From Marsupella aquatica (lineage: Eukaryota > Plantae > Marchantiophyta), in assembly GCA_973895155.1 (NCBI GenBank), contig OZ316898.1, positions 4,216,480-4,280,479 of the forward strand: 64,000 nucleotides of DNA, in the 5' to 3' direction. Positions within the stretch are counted from its first letter, which is position 1. Each line of letters begins with the position of its first letter. The position numbers were made by a program, and so were the translations under genes. Under the pieces are notes generated by a model. That model worked only from the letters and a program-made list of their open reading frames with translations, had not been told where the DNA came from and ran no database searches. This document shows, one piece after another, positions 1-13,397 of this stretch.

Positions 1-515
1 AATCATTTCGGTAGCTGGTTTGTTGTCGAGTGTGTAACGAGTACGTCACAATGAGCAAAAGAAGCGTTCTGATTTTTTGACCGGCTATGGAGTCTTCTTT
101 TGCCTTAGTGGGGTTTCTTGTTGTTGCAATCGACTCGGAGGGAGAAGCGTCAAGTGTTTTGACTCAACGTAGAGATTGAGGCAAGACAATTGCTTTGAGT
201 CCGGGATTGGCTCTTGATGCGAAGAGGAAGGCTAAGAAAAATCATTTACCTTGTTGGACTTGGTGATGGCATCGAGTGCACGCAATTCATCAACATTCGT
301 TGTTGACAAGCATTGGAAAACTAGGCTCGTGGGCTACGTGGCAGTGATAACCTTTGAGTTTTTTGAGAAGTTAAGAAAAACGTCATTTTTTCTTGATTTC
401 TCACATGAGTGACTTGGAGGAGAGTTCTATTGAGTCACCGGAGAGAACAGAGGAGGAAGCAAAAGATCTAGCGGAATTGTGGTCACCGGTATTGCGGCGA
501 GTGACAAGAAAAAGG

Positions 516-1380
516 ATGGGGACAATCAAGCTTGGAGGTCCCAAGTTTGAGGTTACAAAATACGATGGCCGCACGGACTACTTGTTGTGGGAGTGACAAG
601 TGAAGGGGGTACTCCGTGCAACCGGGCTTGGGAAATTGCTGAAGGACCAGCCAAATGATGTCGACAATGATGATTGGCAGGACATGCAGGAGCAGGCTGT
701 GAGCACCGTGATGCTCTATCTTCAGCCTAATGTCATCAAGCAATTGGCAGACCATGTCAATTGTGCATCATTGTTTGCCGCGTTGGAGCAAAAGTACCAT
801 CAAAAGGAGCTATCGAATCAGCTCTACACATCTTTGAAGCTTATGAGCTTCAAGATGAAGGAGGGAAGTGCAAAGATTCAGGACCATAACGATGGTTTCA
901 ACGACCTGGTCATTGATTTGCAAAATCTGGGGGAGGATTTGAGTGATGAGCGGCAGGCTCTTCACTTGCTTAGCTCTTTACCCTTGTCGTATCAGTCATT
1001 GTCACGAGTGCTGCTTCATCGTGACAGGAAGACTATCACTTACAATGAAGTTGTAAGTGCTCTGTTGACTGATGACTTGCAATGGAAATTGACCATGCCC
1101 TCTCAGCCATCATCGTCGTCTGGTGCTGCCTTGAATGTGAATCGTGGGAGGTCATAGAAGCATCCAGAGCACCACACGAATGGCAAGGGAAGAAGTAAAT
1201 CTAGGACAAGATTTGCTTCAAGGGGAAAGTCCCAAGAGAGGAAGCCGGTGGTATGCTGGAAGTGTGGCAAGACTGGCCACATTAAGAGGGATTGTAAGGG
1301 TAAGGTAGCTGAATCTTCATCAGCCAATGTGGCTAGTGTTGATGGAGAAGTTGATTTACTCAACGATGAGTATGTTTTAT
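516..1380 (+). pseudogene. gag: Copia gag with CCHC zinc knuckle, in-frame stops
   Basis: KFEVTKYDGRTDYLLW (Tnt1-like N-terminus), LLSSLPLSY, CWKCGKTGHIKRDC at ~1254-1295; stops at 594 and 1155. Confidence 0.88.
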
Positions 1381-1427
1381 GAAGTCAGGAGTATGCCCTG
1401 TGCACATCATCTAGGAGAGCAAATAAT

Positions 1428-2711
1428 GTGTGGATTCTTGATTGTGCTTGCTCCTTTCACATTTGTTACATTCGCGAGTATTTCAATTCTTATTCTGTGT
1501 CAAACGGTTCAGTTTTGATGGGAAATGATCACTCCTGTCAAGTTGAGGGTATTGGGTCTGTAAAGATTCAAATGTTTGATGGCATTGTGCGCACAGTGTC
1601 CGTACCTGGCATGCATAAGAATTTGATTTCACTTGGTGTGTTGGATACAAATGGTCATCAATGGCGAGTAATTGATGGTGAACTTCAAGTCATGTCGGGA
1701 GAGACAGTGATTTTGAAGGGGCGTAGACAAAAGAATTTGTATGTGTTGCAAGGCAATACAGTATGTGAAGAGGCCAATGTGACCAAGTTTCACGAGGAAA
1801 TGACTCAACTGTTGCATTCACGGCTAGGCCACATGAGTGAGAAGGGTTTGGCTATCTTGCAGAAGAATGGGCTCATTTCTGATTTGCAATCTTGTAAATT
1901 GGATTTCTGTGAGTATTGCATTTTTGGAAAGCAGCATCGTCGTGCTTTCGGTGTTGGAACTCATCATTCCAAAGCGGTTCTTGAGTACATACATAGTGAT
2001 GTGTGGGGACCATCCCCGACTCCCTCACATTCTGGAAAATTGTACTATGTATCCTTTATTGACGATTACTCAAGATTTGTATGGATTTATTTCATGACAC
2101 ATAAGTCTGATGTCTTGTCCATTTTTACAAAGTGGAAGGACCAAGTAGAGAATCAGACAGGAAACATGGTTAAGTGTTTGGATACAAGGGTGAAGAGTCT
2201 AAGGTCAGACAACGGCGGGGAGTACACTTCAATAGAATTTGAAGAGTACTGTGCAGAACAGGGGATAACTCGTCATCTCACCATAGTTTATATTCCACAG
2301 CAGAATGGTGTAGCTGAGAGACTCAATCGAACACTATTCGAGCGGTCATGGAGTATGCTGAGCCAATCAGGTTTACCACAGGAATTTTGGGCAGAAGTTG
2401 TCAATACTGCAGCTTATTTGGTAAATCTTTCTCCTTCTAGTGCAATCAATTTCAAAACGCCGTTTGAAATGCGTTATAAGCGACAAACAGACTATCATCG
2501 CTTGGTAGTTTTTGGAAGTGATGCATATGCTCTCACACCAAAGCAGAATAGGACCAAGTTGGATCCTACGTCCAAGAAATGTATTTTTCTTGGGTATCAG
2601 AGTGGTGTGAAGGCCTACAGGTTATGGGATCCTATTGCCTGTAAGCTCGTTGTTAGTAGGGATGTTTCTTTCAATGAATCCAGATTATTGAAGGAGGGGG
2701 AGAATACTTAG
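1428..2711 (+). pseudogene. pol: Copia protease and integrase
   Basis: WILDCACSFH (protease), HSRLGHMS..CEYC, HSDVWGP, LRSDNGGEY, PQQNGVAER, KCIFLGY. Confidence 0.92.
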
Positions 2712-5700
2712 GTCTCCCGTACTGACAAAGGAAAATCTCCTATCCCGGATCTCGTTGAGGGGGAGATTGATCATGAAGTGCATGATCGGAGAGAAGGAGG
2801 TGCTCCAAGCATGGAGCTGGTTCCTGTGCCAGAGGAACAAAAGGAGTTTATTGATGTTGGTGAGCAGCAAATGGATGCTGCTGAGCTTCAAATTGTACCA
2901 GTAGACACAATTCAACCGGAGTCATCGGCTAGAAGAACATCTGGTCGTATTGTACGCGCTCCTCCTAGGTATGGACAGTGGGTTGATTCATCTCAATTGC
3001 AAGAGGATGATTTTGCAGCTGATGATGAGGGTGATGCGTTAATTTTGGAAGAAGGGGAACCTTCTTCATTTCATGAGGCCAGTGCTTCAAAGGAGAAGCA
3101 GAAATGGACTGCAGCAATGCAAACGGAGATGCAGTCACTAAAGGACAACAAAACTTGGGAGCTTGTTAAGCTGCCTAAGGGTCAGCAAGTGGTGGACAAC
3201 AAGTGGATTTACAAGCTGAAGGATAATTCCACAGGAGGTGGATCAAAGGTCTACAAGGCTAGGTTGGTAGCAAAGGGATTCACACAAGAGAAAGGTGTGG
3301 ATTACAATGAGGTCTTTGTGGTATAGCCGGAAGAATTGAAAGTGACACTTTTCACTTAAAGACCAAGGTTTCGATCCCTTTAAGAACAAAATAGGAATGG
3401 ATTGAATGATTATAATTGTTTTTAAGACTTAAGAGTATCACTCAACCAAATCTCCAAACAAAAGAGAAACAAATGGATAAACTAACAAAATGAACAGAAA
3501 AGATTAATTCCCAAGTCATGGATTATGGAAAAGCTTTTAGAACCAAGGTCCAATGGATTGAATCTCCACCAGCCACTCCTTCAAAAAGGATTCTGGTCTT
3601 GTCGTGTTAACAAGATTGCAACAAATCTTGCCTCAATTGCTCTTCTCCATCACCATGAAAATATAAACAGAAAGGGTAAATGCTCACAAACACCAAAGTA
3701 GCTTTCTGGTGACCGATATAATGATACTCACTAAAATGCCGTCAACATGGATAGAACTTTGGCGATACGCAACTCCGATCTATCACTAGTGGGTATGCCA
3801 AAGTAAGGGTAACGGTACTAACTATTCTGAAATCAGAATCTTGCTCCTTTTTATCCACATTTATCATTGAATCCTTAGCGATTCTTGACCCACAAGCAAT
3901 CCTAATTTGAATTCATCTGATCTTGGAAATTTGTAATGAAAACTCAGGCACCAACAGGAATAAATTCATTACATCACAAAGGAAGTGTTTTACTTCATTC
4001 ATAAATCATTCTCGAAAGCAATGATTACAAAGGAAGTAGGGAAACTTGCAAAAGTTTGCAATACTGAATACAAGCTTCACTGAAAAACAAAAAGGAAAAC
4101 AATAATCTTATAGGTCTAAGTGGAGCATAAAAAGGGGAAATGAAAAGTCATGCCTTTTCAAAACTTAGAAAAAAAGTAATAAAAATTGAGTACTAAACTA
4201 AGGTAGAAAAAGATCACTAAATAACTAGGGTAAATGGGTAACAAAAATCTGTCTTCGAACTTCCGCCGAGTATCGTCCTTCATAAGTTTGGTCTCCATGG
4301 GACACCTCTCAGAAGCGTCCTTCATAAATATTGTCAGCAAGGTAAAGTTGGGCATTTGGGTACCAAAATGCAATTAATTCGTGAACTTTGCATCTTATTT
4401 CCATCTTCCATTGATTTTGCGAAAAATTCAGGTGTCACAGTCTTCTCACCAGTTGCTAAGTACTCTACAATACGACTATTGTGGGTACTTGTTATAATGT
4501 TTGGTCTGCTGTTAGATCAGATGGATGTTCTCACAGCTTTCCTCTATGGCACATTGGAAGAGGTGATCTTCATGAGACAACCGCTAGGTTTTGTGAAGAG
4601 AGGACAGGAGGAATTGGTTTGCAGATTGCTGAAATCCTTGTATGGGTTGAAGCAGTCACCAAGACAGTGAAACAAGCGGTTTGACGATTGGATTCAGTCA
4701 CAAGGTTTTCACAGAAGTGTATTTGACCCTTGTGTGTATTTGAAACCGGTGAAGAATGTTGTCTTTGGGTTCATTGTTTTAGTACTTTATGTGGATGACA
4801 TGCTTATTGCGCCCAAGGATAGGTCTGAGATTGTTAAGCTTAAGGCACTGCTCAGTGCAGAGTTTAAGATGAAGGACCTAGGGCCAGCTAAGAGGATTTT
4901 GGGTATGGAGATCACTAGGGACTTGGAGGCTAGTAAGCTATGGTTGACACAGAGCAGTTATGCGAGGAAGGTAATTGCTAGGTTCAACATGGGGGATAGC
5001 AAGCCAGTAAGTACCCCTTTGGCTGCATACTTCAAAATATCATCAGCTTTCTGTCCCACAGATGCGATAGAGAAGAGGCTGATGTCAAAGGTTCCTTATG
5101 ATAAGGCAGTGGGAAGTCTCATGTATTTGATGACTTGCACTAGACCTGATCTTGCCATGGCTATGGGCAAGGTGAGTAGGTACATGTCAAATCCAGGGAA
5201 GGTACATTGGAAAGCAGTGAAGTGGATTATCAGGTACTTGAAGGGTACCGTGGATCATGGTCTTTTATTTGATGCGAATGCAAAGAATGCTAGATCATTG
5301 ATTGGCTGTAGATTCTGACTATGGACAAGATTTGGACCGAAGGAGATCAACAACAGGATACGTGTTCACACTTGGCGGTGGATGCATAAGTTGGAGGTCT
5401 ACTTTGTAGAAGTGTATTGCTCAGTCTACTACAGAAGTGGAGTATATTGTAGCTACGAAAGTAGCAAAGGAAGCAATTTGGTTGGATAGACTTATCACTG
5501 AAATGAGATTGCCACAGGGGAATGTGAAGCTCCATTGTGATAGTCAAAGTGCGCTCCACCTTGCTGTGAACCAGGTGATGGACACCAGAGTGAAGCACAT
5601 TGACGTCAGGTACCATTTTATCAGTCAGGGTGTGTCTGATAATTTGTTTGAGCAGCTAGTCAAGATTGATGGTAAACTCAACCCGGCTGACACATTTACC

Positions 5701-5757
5701 AAAGTGATTCATTTGGAGAGTTTCTCTAGACACCGTGACGTATTGCAGGTTTTGTAA
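2712..5757 (+). pseudogene. pol: Copia reverse transcriptase and RNase H, split by a solo LTR, with stops and a frameshift
   Basis: YKARLVAKGF..VDYNEVF|SPVAK across the insertion, [44 protein letters not shown]. Confidence 0.92.
3317..4439 (-). mobile_element. Solo LTR (1123 bp) inserted in the copia RT
   Basis: TG..CA termini; 5-bp TSD GTCTT at 3312-3316 and 4440-4444; removing it restores VDYNEVFSPVAK. Strand inferred from the TGTGAC start shared with the other LTR families here. Confidence 0.9.
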
Positions 5758-5949
5758 TTGCATCACAAGTAGAGTTTTCTTAACATTCATTGTAATTACT
5801 GATATATGCTCTTCCTCATTCCTATGTATAAGGCTACGGCTTAGTTCTGGTTTGCTCTAGTTAGAGAGAGAAACCGGTTTGGTTTTTGTCCAGAACTTCC
5901 CGTTGAGGGATCATATATATTGGCAGTATTACTCTCCCCTAGACCAGAG

Positions 5950-5962
5950 TCAAGGGGAAGAT
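5950..5962 (+). promoter_or_regulatory. Polypurine tract of the copia element
   Basis: TCAAGGGGAAGAT immediately before the LTR start. Confidence 0.8.
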
Positions 5963-6437
5963 TATTGGGTATTTACTCTTATGTCTAGGTTAGGTATGAC
6001 GTGGTTGGTACAACAACGTGGGTTGGTACAACAACATGGTTTGGTACAACTATGTGGTTAGGTACAACTACGCGATTAGGTACAACAATGTGGTTAGGTA
6101 CAACTACGTGATTAGGTACAACAATGTGGTTAGGTACAACTACATGATTAGGTACAACAATGTGGTTAGGTTAACTAAGTTGCACACTATATCATAGGAG
6201 GCACGTGTGCTTGGAGAGAGAGAACCAAGGCTCATTGTTATGGAGCCACTTGAGAGATAGGGAGAGCTTACATTGTGGAGACTCGGTATAGCCGACGGGC
6301 TTAGAGTTCAGTAAAGCTCTCTTGTGTGTTCCCGTGGACGTAGCCTCAAGGAGGTGAACCACGTATCTCTTGTGTCGACTACTTGCATGTTGGATATGTC
6401 ATGTGCTTACCATTGTGATTATCGTCTATACTCAACA
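5963..6437 (+). repeat. Copia 3' LTR (~475 bp)
   Basis: Starts TATTG (decayed TGTTG) after the PPT, ends CTCAACA; contains CCCGTGGACGTAG..GAACCACGTA, typical of plant copia LTRs. Confidence 0.8.
5998..6172 (+). repeat. 18-19 bp minisatellite in the LTR, ~9 copies
   Basis: Repeated GTGGTTAGGTACAAC(A/T)A(C/T). Confidence 0.9.
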
Positions 6438-7354
6438 CTTATCCACATGTTTAGGAGTTAAGTCGGGAGTTGAGTAAATGTTGGGCCGGGATCTTTGGGC
6501 CCAACTTGGTTGAGGTTCTGGGATTGATGGGGATCCATAGATCAATCTCACATAGATGGACAAGATTACTTTTGAATTCCTTTGGATCAAACGGCCAGGT
6601 ATGAGGCCCTTGATGAGACCAGGTGTGTTTGTGTGTGGAGGGGTGTACTCCCTTGATCATTGGGGTGGGGGGGGTATCGGGTGCTCAGACAATGTTTATT
6701 ACAGTTCGATCTTAGTAGTCATTTTTTGGTATTATCAATACTTTGTGTCTAAAATATATGATTAATGTGTGGTTTGATGTGTAAGGTTACTTGAAAGAAG
6801 CTACCAAAACTCTACTTATCATAATTTGGTGTTCATTGTTGATGCCATATCCTTCTTAGTCAAGATAAAAGATAAAATAATTTAACAATTAGAGTTTACA
6901 TAAGTAGCATACATGCAATTTTCCCTCTAGGGATATAGCATAGCATAATATTTTATTTGTACTAGTTTAGTTTATCTCTATTAGGTCTACAAGTTACCAG
7001 TGTCACAGTCACATACTATAGGAATAACTATAATTCTCTAGTACTAATTTTGTTTATGATCTATATAAAATATGTACCATGAACATCAGGCGTAACATAC
7101 AGGTCCCCTATACAAAATAAAATCTTATATGTTTCATGATTATGATATTTGCAATTTTAAAAAATTCAAGAGTATTATTTTTCAATTCCTTCAAAAACTC
7201 TGTTATAATTTATAAGAGGATAAAATTTAATAGGAAAATTTAATATTTTTACATTAACAAGGGATTTTTTTGTGAATAAAATATTAAGAAGGTGTACACC
7301 GGGGGGTGTCTGTTCTCAAGGGGGTTCACTCAATATAGTAAGAGTGAGGGCCCA

Positions 7355-8069
7355 GGGAGTCCTTCATCTTAAACTTTGCACTCAGTAATGTCTTGAGCTT
7401 AACAATCTCATATCTATCATTGGTTGCGATAAGCATGTCATCCACATAAAGCACTAAAACATTGAACTCAAAGATAACATTATTCACCAATTTCAGATAA
7501 ACACAAGTTAGGATCAAACACAAAACTATGAAAACCTTGTGCATGGATCCAATCATCAAACAATTTATCTCATTGTCTTGGTGATGCTTTAACCCATTTG
7601 GGGATTTTGGCAATCCGCAAAACCAATTGCTCCAAGTTGCATTTTCTTCACAAAACCTAACGGCTGTCTCATGAAGATCATCTATTCCAAGATGGGCCAT
7701 AGAGAAACGTTGTGACAACATCCATCTGATGTAGCAACAGACCAAACATCATAACAAGTACACACCGTAACCGTATTGTAGAGTATTTAGAAAATTAATG
7801 AGAAAACCCCATTGTAATCCACACCTTTAGTCTGTGCGAATCCCTTGGCTACCAATCTAGCCTTACACATAGACCTTCAATCCATGTCCTATGAATGGGC
7901 CTATGAACTGATCCTTCAACTTGTGTATGCACTTGTTCACCCTCAAGTAGCTTGACAAGCTTTCATTCAAGTTTTATAGTCGTTCAGTAATTGGACCTCC
8001 ATTTGCATTGCTTCAGTTCACTCTTGCTTCTCCTTTCAAGCACTTGCTTCATAAAATGAAGAAGATTCT
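7355..8069 (-). pseudogene. Heavily decayed copia RT fragment, related to the element at 1-6437
   Basis: VLVLYVDDMLIA..EIVKLKTLLSAKFKMKD; DNA resembles ~3060-4880; cut at 8070 by family B copy B1. Confidence 0.85.
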
Positions 8070-8437
8070 TGTGACGCCGCCGGTACGGCGGGTAATGAGT
8101 AATTCGGTCTAACCGCACTTAGCACGCGTATTAGGGGTATCTTAGGCCGTTATTATTAGCATAATGACAGTACTTAGGTAGCCATTATGAGTAGGAAATC
8201 ATTAGTCAATAAGGGGAATCCATGTTAGGGCTGGCGACGGGTCACCATTCACACGCCCGGGGTGCGAGCGTGTCATGGGCCCTTTTTCCCCCTCCCTCGG
8301 GTCCGTATAATGAACTCCGAGAGGCGGTCACTGACACGAGCTGACCCGGACTGGAGAAGGGGCCAGTACACTGCGAGCATGATAGGCTCGACCTATAAGC
8401 GACGAGGAGGCGTCGGGCAATCGACGAGCTCTCAGGG

Positions 8438-8445
8438 TATAAAAA
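8438..8445 (+). promoter_or_regulatory. TATA box upstream of the family B ORF
   Basis: TATAAAAA ~107 bp before ATG 8545; conserved in B2 (54644) and B3 (~59910, minus strand). Confidence 0.7.
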
Positions 8446-8544
8446 GGGGGCCGATCCTTTGCAGTGCACCAAGCTCTCCAATCCACGCGCCAGCTTCGAT
8501 CCCAGCTCTCTCGCTTTTCCTTAGTCACCTGCTATCTCCTCTGA

Positions 8545-11127
8545 ATGTCGCACACGATCCTTTCCAGTTCGGCCATACGATTCTGGACTCAGTTCCTATC
8601 TATCGGAGGACACTTGGCCGACTCATTGAAACATGCCAACCCGCGCCGTTATGAGATCGAACGCAAATACGAGAGAGCCATCCGCCTAGCAGGACGACAC
8701 CATTATCTCCTTAACTTTGACTACCCGTCCCAGAGCGAGCTTTACCGACCCGAAGAGGTATCAGGGTACTTCTTCGACGGAGGCAATTACATTGGCTTCT
8801 GGGAGGCACTGCTTTGGCTTCCGGACGAGGTCTTCAATATTCTGGGCATAATCGACCTATAGAGGCACCACTTTGACCACATCCCCGCTCGGGTCCGGGC
8901 TATCATCAATGGTGAGTTCAACACTACCCGGTCGATAGGACCATCTCCACTTGCATCGGAAAACCTCCACCCGCACTTGCAGAACTTCATGGCAACTCTA
9001 CCATCAATGACCAGTGCCGGCCAACCCGTGCCTGTACCCGCACCTACACCTCCTCGGCCTCAGCCAAGCCGGTCCCCGCCACCGGTTCCACCTCCTCTCC
9101 GAGTACGATCCGTGGTGAATGCGTTACATATCAGCTCCAAAGATGAGGAGGCTCACCCTCCTGTGAATCGATGACCGTGGGGTACGAACAACCCCACACC
9201 ACCCCAGCAAGCCCGAGGGGACAACACGGTAATGCTAGTGGCCCCGACACCAATACTCACAGCAGTCGCGCTACCACCACCTGACCGAGAGGATGGAGAG
9301 ATGTCCCCTTCTTCTAGTCACCCCGGGAATCAGTCTCGGGGTAGGAAGAGGAAGGAGCCCGTAGCCGTATCCGGGTTGCCTTTGGCCACGGTTGCGGTAG
9401 CCAAGTTGACCATGCATCGCATGGGGGACAACGTTCACAAGAATATCCTCCACCCCAAGCATGCATGCTATCTGAAGACCCAGGGGTTTGAGCACCTCGC
9501 CTCTCTCCCTTGGAACGGGAGCAGGTATTACGGGCAGGATATGACGGAGTTCATTCAGAACTTTGACAAGGCCCGTCAACAAACCCGAGCGCACGGGAGA
9601 GTGATGTGTCTCGATGAGGCACGTCTGAAGATGATTTTTGGCTTACCCGAGGGGATAAAACGGGTAGAGTCATGAGCTCCTGGGGGCAAGAGAACTAAAT
9701 ACCAGTCCTCTAGCTTCCCGGCCGAAGGGGTAGTGGACAATGGGTTCTTAATGAGAACGTGCCTCATCCCGGAGGTAGCAAAACGCCTAGAGTTCCAGCG
9801 GTATGCCCTCCACATGATGGAACCTAGAGGAGAAATATTGGCCGCTCAAGTCATTCAGGTGGAGAACTATCGGCCCAGGAAGTGGGCGTCCTTCTTCGTC
9901 AAGAAGTTCCACAAAGAGATGCAGCAAAGAAGGAAGACTTTGTACCTTGGTGGGAGGGGGTACTTCGCTAGCCACGTCAAAATCATCCTCGAGTGGTACG
10001 CTCGTTTTGACCGCCGGAGCCTCCCGCGTCTCAATGAGCCCGAGCTGACCCCGCCAAAATGGGTGTTCCCAGCCCAGGTAAGGCAACCACAGCCCAAGGC
10101 CCGAAGTCTGGCAGCTGCAAGTCCTGCTACCCCGGCCCCGCAACCCGCCGCTACCGCCCTGCCAGGCATACCCATTGACGTTATCGCGACCTTAGACGCA
10201 ATCAATCGGGACAATGCCATCGAAGCCAGGCCGGATGAAGCAAATGCCATGGTAGCCGGGGAGATTCCTCCACTCCCCGCGGTTGTGTAGGAGAACCACC
10301 CACCTCCAGTGGAACCAGCCCCTTCGACCGACTTACCTCAAGGGTTGGATGTGTCCACTCTTACTCCCGCACGGGTTGGAGTCTGCCCGTGCCCGAATCC
10401 CGAAGGACATAGGCTAGACCATCCGGAACTCTTTGCGTCGGGCACATTTCTGAATGGGTTGTTGGGAGATTTCTCGCAACAGATCTCTCGGGACACCGGG
10501 GAATACATGGCCCGAAGGGTGGCCTACTTCTTCAACCAGGAGTTGGTTGTGGCAGTAAGGGCAGGACATGCACAGGCAGAGACCGCGCAGAGAATAGAGC
10601 GATATCGGGTTGAGTCTGCCTACCTGAAGGACAAAGTGGCAACCCTGGAGGCTGAACTCCAGCAACTACGGCCTCAGGTAACGGCCACGGAAGACCAGGT
10701 CGCCGAGGCTAGAGCCCAAGCAGCGTTGGTAGTACAGGCCGAGCTCGGAAAGGACGTCGAGATTGCGCGGCTCCGAACCAAGATTGACGGTTTGCAGGGG
10801 CAAGCCGTCAATTGGCAAAAGGATATGGAGGAAGCTGACTCCAGGTCTCAGCGGGACACAGCCGAGATTGACGCCCTGAAGGCAAAGGTGGCACGGCTTC
10901 AAGGAGAAGCCACGAAATAGGCCCAGTTGGTGGACAAGCTGACGAGCGACACCCAACAACTAGAGGAGGCATGCCAGGAGGCCGCGGAAGAGGTAGACGC
11001 GGCGAAGTGAGAAAACGAATCTCTATTGGATCAGGTCCAGCTACTCAAGCAGGACGCCGACAGGCTTAGAAGGCAGCGGGATAGCCGTTCCCACTCAAGC
11101 GGCTCTGGCAAGCGTGCCAGGCATTAG
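8545..11127 (+). pseudogene. Family B ORF (861 codons; plant-transposon-protein-like core plus C-terminal coiled coil), six in-frame stops
   Basis: ORF pieces at 8545, 8977, 9232, 9733 and 10309 are all in one frame ending GSGKRARH*; homologous to 54752-56839. Confidence 0.85.
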
Positions 11128-11598
11128 CGGCGGAGTAGGATTAGAGTAGAGTTAGGAATAGCTCAATTAGGCTATAGGGACAAGAAACTGCCCTAGTTAG
11201 CGCAGCACTACCATGCTGTACAACCTGCGTAGATTAGGATCTTCTAATAAGACAAACCATTTTCCGGCCTGACAACCAACTTAGTTAGGACCTTAGCTAG
11301 CAAATCTTTGGGCGCGAGGGCACTCTGTTCCTCGGCCCTTAGTATTTAGTGCACCCCTTGGTAGAGGCAGGGGGATTTTTAGTCTCAATGTTGGACATCC
11401 GCGGTATGTGCGGGGAGTCCCCGACCTCTTGGAGTGAAAGAGTACCAAGGGGAGGGTGTAGGACTAAGCTCGTTGGGCGAGTGCGAAGCCGGGCTCCGTT
11501 GTAGTGTACATCCTCGGCCTCGGACCTGTTCATTCCAGGGCTTTCGGGTCAACTAAGTGTACGCATATGTCTCCTATGTAGTAAAATCCTTTCCCACT

Positions 11599-13397
11599 AT
11601 CTTGCTACCCTGCCTGTAAGGTCCGGCTTATTTACTAGGTACTTCAAACTTTCATGATCAGTATGAAAGATTACCTTCTACCCTAGTAGATAATGCCTAA
11701 ACTTTTTACATGAATAAATGACTCCTAATGCTTCTCTTTCTGTGGTGGAGTAGTTTTGTTCGGCATCGGCAAGCTAGCGGCTTGCAAAGTATATGGGATG
11801 GTCCCTTCCTTTCTCATCCAACTGACTTAGTACTGAGCCGATACAGAAGCCTGAGACATCTACAAAGACATGAAAATCCTTGTTCCAGTCTGGTGCTATC
11901 ATGACTGGGGCCTCTACTAACATCTGCTTCAATTCCACTACTGCTGTTACTCGTTCTGGTGTGGGTTCGAAGTCTGCACCTGCCTTGAGCATGTTGGTTA
12001 ATGGTAAGGCTAGCTTGGCAAAATCCTTGATGAACCGGCGATAATAACCAATGCACCCCAAGAAGGATCTCACATCTTTTATGTTCTTAGGTTGCATGAT
12101 ATCTAGCCACACTGCTAGCTTACCTTTGTCAATCTCAATACCCTTCTTTGATACCTTGTGACCTAGTAGCACACCCTCTGTTACTCCAAAGAAACATTTA
12201 TCGGGGTGTAACTTGAGACCTACCTCTCTGCATCTCATGAAGGTTTTCCTGAGGTATTTAGCATGTTTCGATGCCTTCCCAAACACTGCAAAGTCATCAA
12301 TGAAGATTTCCATGAATTTCTCAAGTAGTCATGAAAAATGTTCACCATTAATCGTTGGAACATAGCTGGTGCGTTATAGAGTCCAAACGGCATACGATTG
12401 AAGACGTAAATCCTCCATTCCGTGATGAAGGCTGTCTTGATTTGGTCCTCTTGCCTAATCCTGATTTGGTTATAACCAGAGTACCCATCCATGAATGAGT
12501 ATAGTTCATGACGGCTACCATGTCTAACACCATATCAATAAAGGGTAAAGGAAAATGATCTTTCAATGTAGCCTCATTCAACTTCCTGTAATCCTCACAA
12601 ACACGGATCTTTGGTTTACCATCGGGTCCAGCTTTCTTGGGAACTATCACAATTGGAGACACCCAGTCTGAATGCAGGACTGGAGTGATGAATCCGGCTT
12701 CCACTAGTTTATCGATTTCAGCCTTGACCATCAGAGAATACTTAGGGTTCATCCTTTGAATCGGTTGTCGAAATGATTTGGCCCCTAACATGAGATCAAT
12801 TTGGTGTTCTCCTAGTTTTGGGTCTACTCCCTTCAGATCTTGGTGACTCCAGGCGAACACATCCTAAAATTCAATTAGTAATTCACTGATCTCTTTCTTG
12901 AGCTCAGGTGCTAGGTCCCGCCCCAAATTCAGTTCCCTTCCTTCTCCCAAGTTGAGCTTCCGGTATTGCCGTGCTTTAATCATATTAATCTGCTTCTTCA
13001 AATTTGGGTCCAACCCGGCCTCCAGCCTCTCCAGTCTCATACCTCCATAGACTGGAATCTCGGCGGTACTAGCCAAATTGGTTGACTGGAGTTCTCCCTG
13101 GTTATTAACAGACTGTTCCCTTACCGTTCTGCTTGGTTTTGCATTGGTTGTCGGCTCCCCTTTCTGACTCGGCTCTGGTTTCTTTCCGTGCATCTTATCT
13201 ATTCCTGTTTCCTGAGGGTCAGGCCATCGTGCTCTTCCGGCTTCTAGTAGGGCCTCAATTTGTTCTGCCCTTGTGATCGGCTTGTAAGCCGATCCTTTGG
13301 TATTTAGTTTGTTGCCGATGATAGACGGCGTTGTGGATCCTGTCGGCTCTGCCACAATGCCCGAGGAAAATCCACTATCTCTGGTGTAGCTCCCCAC
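11599..13397 (-). pseudogene. pol: Gypsy RT-RNase H, frameshifted and truncated
   Basis: WVSPIVIVPKK, DHFPLPFID, MDGYSGYNQI, FIDDF, HPIYFASR. Confidence 0.93.

Larger units (their letters stand above)
1..6437 (+). mobile_element. Ty1/Copia LTR retrotransposon (Tnt1/Tork-like), decayed; 5' LTR outside window
   Basis: gag-PR-INT-RT-RH domain order, then PPT and a 3' LTR ending CAACA at 6437. Confidence 0.93.
8070..11598 (+). mobile_element. Family B unit, copy B1 (putative giant solo LTR), 3'-truncated
   Basis: Starts TGTGACGCCGCCGG as at 54286; colinear with B2 and B3 up to GTAAAATCCTTTCCCA (~11596). Confidence 0.85.
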
